Virus record (IMG/VR): IMGVR_UViG_3300033553_000790
From: an uncultured virus (IMG/VR IMGVR_UViG_3300033553_000790)
Lineage: Duplodnaviria; Heunggongvirae; Uroviricota; Caudoviricetes
DNA length: 64,000 bases
Reading direction: 5' to 3' (one strand)
This document shows positions 61,035 to 64,000 of the stretch, piece after piece (positions within the stretch are counted from its first letter, which is position 1; each line of letters starts with the position of its first letter). Under the pieces are notes generated by a model. It was not told where the DNA came from and made no database searches. It saw only the letters and a program-made list of their open reading frames with translations. The position numbers and the translations under genes are program-made.

Positions 61035-62260
61035 TTTCAGAAGGCACAAAGAACTTCTCTGCTTTAGAAGAACAAATAGGTAACAACTTAGAGCAGCTTG
61101 AATTACTATCAAACGATGTGCGCACACGCTTATTGGAAACGGAAAATATTGTCACGTTCTCAAGAGAATATGACAATCTACCTCCCCTACTGACGGTCGA
61201 TGGTGGAGTGGTAAATGAAAAATTATCCCACACTGACCTGATCATAACGGGAGCTTCTTTAGGTGAGAGTTCTTATGAGCAACCTGGCGGGCCAATCTAT
61301 ACAGATGAGGACGATATACCAGCAACAGCTTATGTGGTCATGTTACAGCACGATAGTAAAAACTCCAACGTTGCTAACTCTTTAATGGCCATCCAAGAAA
61401 TTGCGTTAATAGGGAGATGTTTAACTGACCACGAAGAAGCGCTCATAATCATTGACGGTGGTTGGCTCTCTTCTCTCACTACTATCATCATTGAACTAAC
61501 AAGTTCTAAAGCTTCAGCACTTGCTCTATACGATTTCATAGCTGAAAACCGTGCCCTCATGCCCTATATCAAGAAAACAATAAAGACTATCACCAACCCT
61601 GATGAAGCTAGCCGAAAACTCGTAGCGCTAAGCAAATCAGATTCTAAAGGCATATGGATTGACAGGTTAGAAGAAATAGATAAAGAGCTTGGAGATAGAA
61701 TGCGTACACGGAAAATCCGTGACCGTGCTCTCGCTTCAACCATACTAAAATCAGGCGAAGCTTTATCCCCCACTTATATAGACGCTGGGCACTCTTTAAT
61801 AAAAGGGCTAGACAAATGGGTTGACCAAGGATCTAAGTTATATTTTGATAAAGATAGAAATGACCCTGAGATAAAGGCTCTTCTAACCTGGATACTTAAG
61901 TACTCTCATACTAACGTACCGAACTTACACGTAAGGAACGGCGCTAAACTTTGGAGTACATATTTTAAACCAAATAACTTCGCCAATTCATCTAAAGCTT
62001 TACGAATAGAGTTCATTAGGGAAACCGCACTAGTTAATCCCGAACACCCGCACACAAGCGCATTGGTTTTAGTTGAAGATGTTATCAAATACCTTAACTG
62101 TATAGATGAAGATGTTGTTGCGGATAATATACTTGAGCCCTGGTGCCAATACATAGCTGATAGAAGAGCAAAAGAAGTTTCTCAATTAGCTAATATAGTC
62201 CGCATGAGCCTTGCTTCCGGTAAGCATGCTGGATTCTTTCTAAACAATTACAGAACATAA
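61025..62260 (+). CDS. nurA: NurA-family nuclease
   Basis: TVDGG, QE, IIDGG, ALSK, EP..QYIAD..AK; directly upstream of HerA-like ATPase. Confidence 0.7.
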   Translation: MGIISEGTKNFSALEEQIGNNLEQLELLSNDVRTRLLETENIVTFSREYDNLPPLLTVDGGVVNEKLSHTDLIITGASLGESSYEQPGGPIYTDEDDIPATAYVVMLQHDSKNSNVANSLMAIQEIALIGRCLTDHEEALIIIDGGWLSSLTTIIIELTSSKASALALYDFIAENRALMPYIKKTIKTITNPDEASRKLVALSKSDSKGIWIDRLEEIDKELGDRMRTRKIRDRALASTILKSGEALSPTYIDAGHSLIKGLDKWVDQGSKLYFDKDRNDPEIKALLTWILKYSHTNVPNLHVRNGAKLWSTYFKPNNFANSSKALRIEFIRETALVNPEHPHTSALVLVEDVIKYLNCIDEDVVADNILEPWCQYIADRRAKEVSQLANIVRMSLASGKHAGFFLNNYRT

Positions 62261-62283
62261 AATATGATATAATAGGATACACT

Positions 62284-64000
62284 ATGGAAAATAACTCAAA
62301 CGATTTCGGCTACGTAAGCACCGGTTCATCATCATCCCTGATAAGAATAGTGGCAAAAGAAACTGCCTCTAAAACCCCTGTTGTCGGCAGGGCAATACTT
62401 ATTGACATGGAAACCGAGAATGGCACATATCGAGCTTTAGGCACTGTATCTGACATTACGACTTTCAATGAAATGTACAAAGATAACCGCATGAAACAAG
62501 TCTCGGCTAGTAAGAACGGCATCTCAGTAAGTGGAACAGATATAAGGGAAATAACTGTTAAAATTCAGGCTACCTACAGGAAAAACCAAGAATCGGGAGA
62601 TTGGGAGAAAGCGTCCTCCGCTTTACCAACAAGCCCTCCAACCCGAACGCCCGTTCGACTTCTAGATGAAGAAAGTATGTTCGAACTTATTAAAGAAGAA
62701 GACCACATAACGCACTTAGGTACAATGCGTGGTTTATCTGGCGTGGCCGCTCCGTTGACCGTTCCGGATTTCTCTTCCGCACGAGGGGCAGTACATTCGG
62801 CTGTAATTGGTCGCTCCGGTTCTGGTAAAACCGCTTTCGCTACATACATGATTGCCAACCAGATGTCCTATCCGGCGCACGGAATCATCGTTGTTGATCC
62901 ACAGGGACAATGGTCCAATGAGAACGGCTTTGTTTTCTCCCTGAAAACCTTCGCGTCGTCTTTAGGTAGGGAAGTAACTACTCTGCGTATCACTGAAGAT
63001 ATTAAGCTGCCCATGGATGAGGAAATACTTTCACAGCTATTCGAGCATTCTAATGTCTGGGCTAAGATGAAAAGAATGGCCCCAGAGAACAGGCGCATCT
63101 TCTCGGAAGAAGTAGTTTCCAAGATAGCATATAAAGATGGCGCAGCTGACCGGGACCCTCGGGAGCTTCTTACTGAAGTTTTCAAGCAGATATCGAAGTC
63201 CGACAGCACTTTAAATAGAATTTATGCTAGAGGTGAAGCTTTAGAAAATTTGAAGAGGGAGCTTAAGATCCTCGCTAATGAAGAAATCATTAATGAAGAG
63301 GGTGAAGTTGAAATAGTAACTGAAGATGATATGGAATCAGCTGAGCATAAATGGGATGCCATACTTTCTAAATTCACTCCTATAATTAACCTGTTCTCAA
63401 AGACTAACCTCCAGGGCGGCAGAAGGCATGCTCTTGGAGGAACTTCAGGTTTCCTATCTAACATCATGAAAGTTCGCGACGAAACGGAAACAGCTCCTTA
63501 CGTAATATTAGACATGTCAAATGACGTAACTACATCCGCTAAAGACATGTACGCTAAGAAAACTGGTCAACGCGATGTTTTGCTTTCTATGAAGAAAATG
63601 CTTGATAACGTTGACATTAAAGCTATCATAGTTTCAACTATCCTAGAGCAAATTAAAACCTCCTCAGAGGAAGCTTTCTCTGCGGGCGGCGGAAATCTCA
63701 ATACGCAGATTGTTTTCGATGAAGCTTGGAGATACGCACCTAATGTAAGTCGCGACGGCTCTACCAAGCCAATTGATTTGCTAAGCCAGCAGCTAGAGGG
63801 CTTCGCGTTAGATACTAGAAAATATGGTATAGGTTGGACATATATTTTACAGTCCCCAAGCGACCTCAATAAAGGAATTTGGAAGCAGCTATCGTTCGTT
63901 TATACCGGTTACGGAATTATCGGTTCTGACAAGAGAATTCTTGGTGAGCTCATGGATGAGAGTGACAGGCAGGCCCACATAGGTCTTTATGATCAGTTCT
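62284..64000 (+). CDS. herA: HerA-like ATPase (runs off window end; absent from ORF track)
   Basis: N-terminal HAS-barrel-like region, HSAVIGRSGSGKT, VVDPQGQW, IVFDEAW, RKYGIG...LQSPSD. Confidence 0.8.
   Translation, partial: MENNSNDFGYVSTGSSSSLIRIVAKETASKTPVVGRAILIDMETENGTYRALGTVSDITTFNEMYKDNRMKQVSASKNGISVSGTDIREITVKIQATYRKNQESGDWEKASSALPTSPPTRTPVRLLDEESMFELIKEEDHITHLGTMRGLSGVAAPLTVPDFSSARGAVHSAVIGRSGSGKTAFATYMIANQMSYPAHGIIVVDPQGQWSNENGFVFSLKTFASSLGREVTTLRITEDIKLPMDEEILSQLFEHSNVWAKMKRMAPENRRIFSEEVVSKIAYKDGAADRDPRELLTEVFKQISKSDSTLNRIYARGEALENLKRELKILANEEIINEEGEVEIVTEDDMESAEHKWDAILSKFTPIINLFSKTNLQGGRRHALGGTSGFLSNIMKVRDETETAPYVILDMSNDVTTSAKDMYAKKTGQRDVLLSMKKMLDNVDIKAIIVSTILEQIKTSSEEAFSAGGGNLNTQIVFDEAWRYAPNVSRDGSTKPIDLLSQQLEGFALDTRKYGIGWTYILQSPSDLNKGIWKQLSFVYTGYGIIGSDKRILGELMDESDRQAHIGLYDQF

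Noticed and set aside
62310..63869. Minus-strand ORFs in the track
   Set aside because: Antisense shadows of the + strand HerA-like gene. The same applies to most short ORFs nested in long genes.

Overview
A gene-dense 64 kb segment that looks like the replication, nucleotide-metabolism and translation region of a large (jumbo-type) phage. Its host is probably an actinobacterium, inferred from the style of DnaE, PncB, NrtR, class Ib RNR, WhiG/FliA-like sigma and DivIVA. No virion genes are visible, so a phage-like megaplasmid is not excluded. It encodes DnaE, RecG, RadA, a DnaC-like ATPase, NurA-HerA, a scattered class Ib RNR (nrdH/I, nrdE, nrdF), ThyX, a dNMP kinase, an NAD salvage cluster (nadE, pncB, pncA, nrtR with a candidate operator), RNA-repair enzymes, IF3 with an AUU start and a sigma28-like factor. 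The standout is an apparent amber-readthrough switch at 29.9-31.9 kb. A CUA-anticodon tRNA is followed by a leader ORF whose in-frame UAG sits just before an intrinsic terminator. Further downstream, a PTH2-like peptidyl-tRNA hydrolase/HD fusion has UAG as codon 3. Both UAGs share the context ACC-TAG-GT, and the rest of the window uses the standard code. Two strand-oriented intergenic motifs (CCGATA and CGTTAG) look like phage promoter elements. All family calls come from motifs recognised by eye; no database searches were run.
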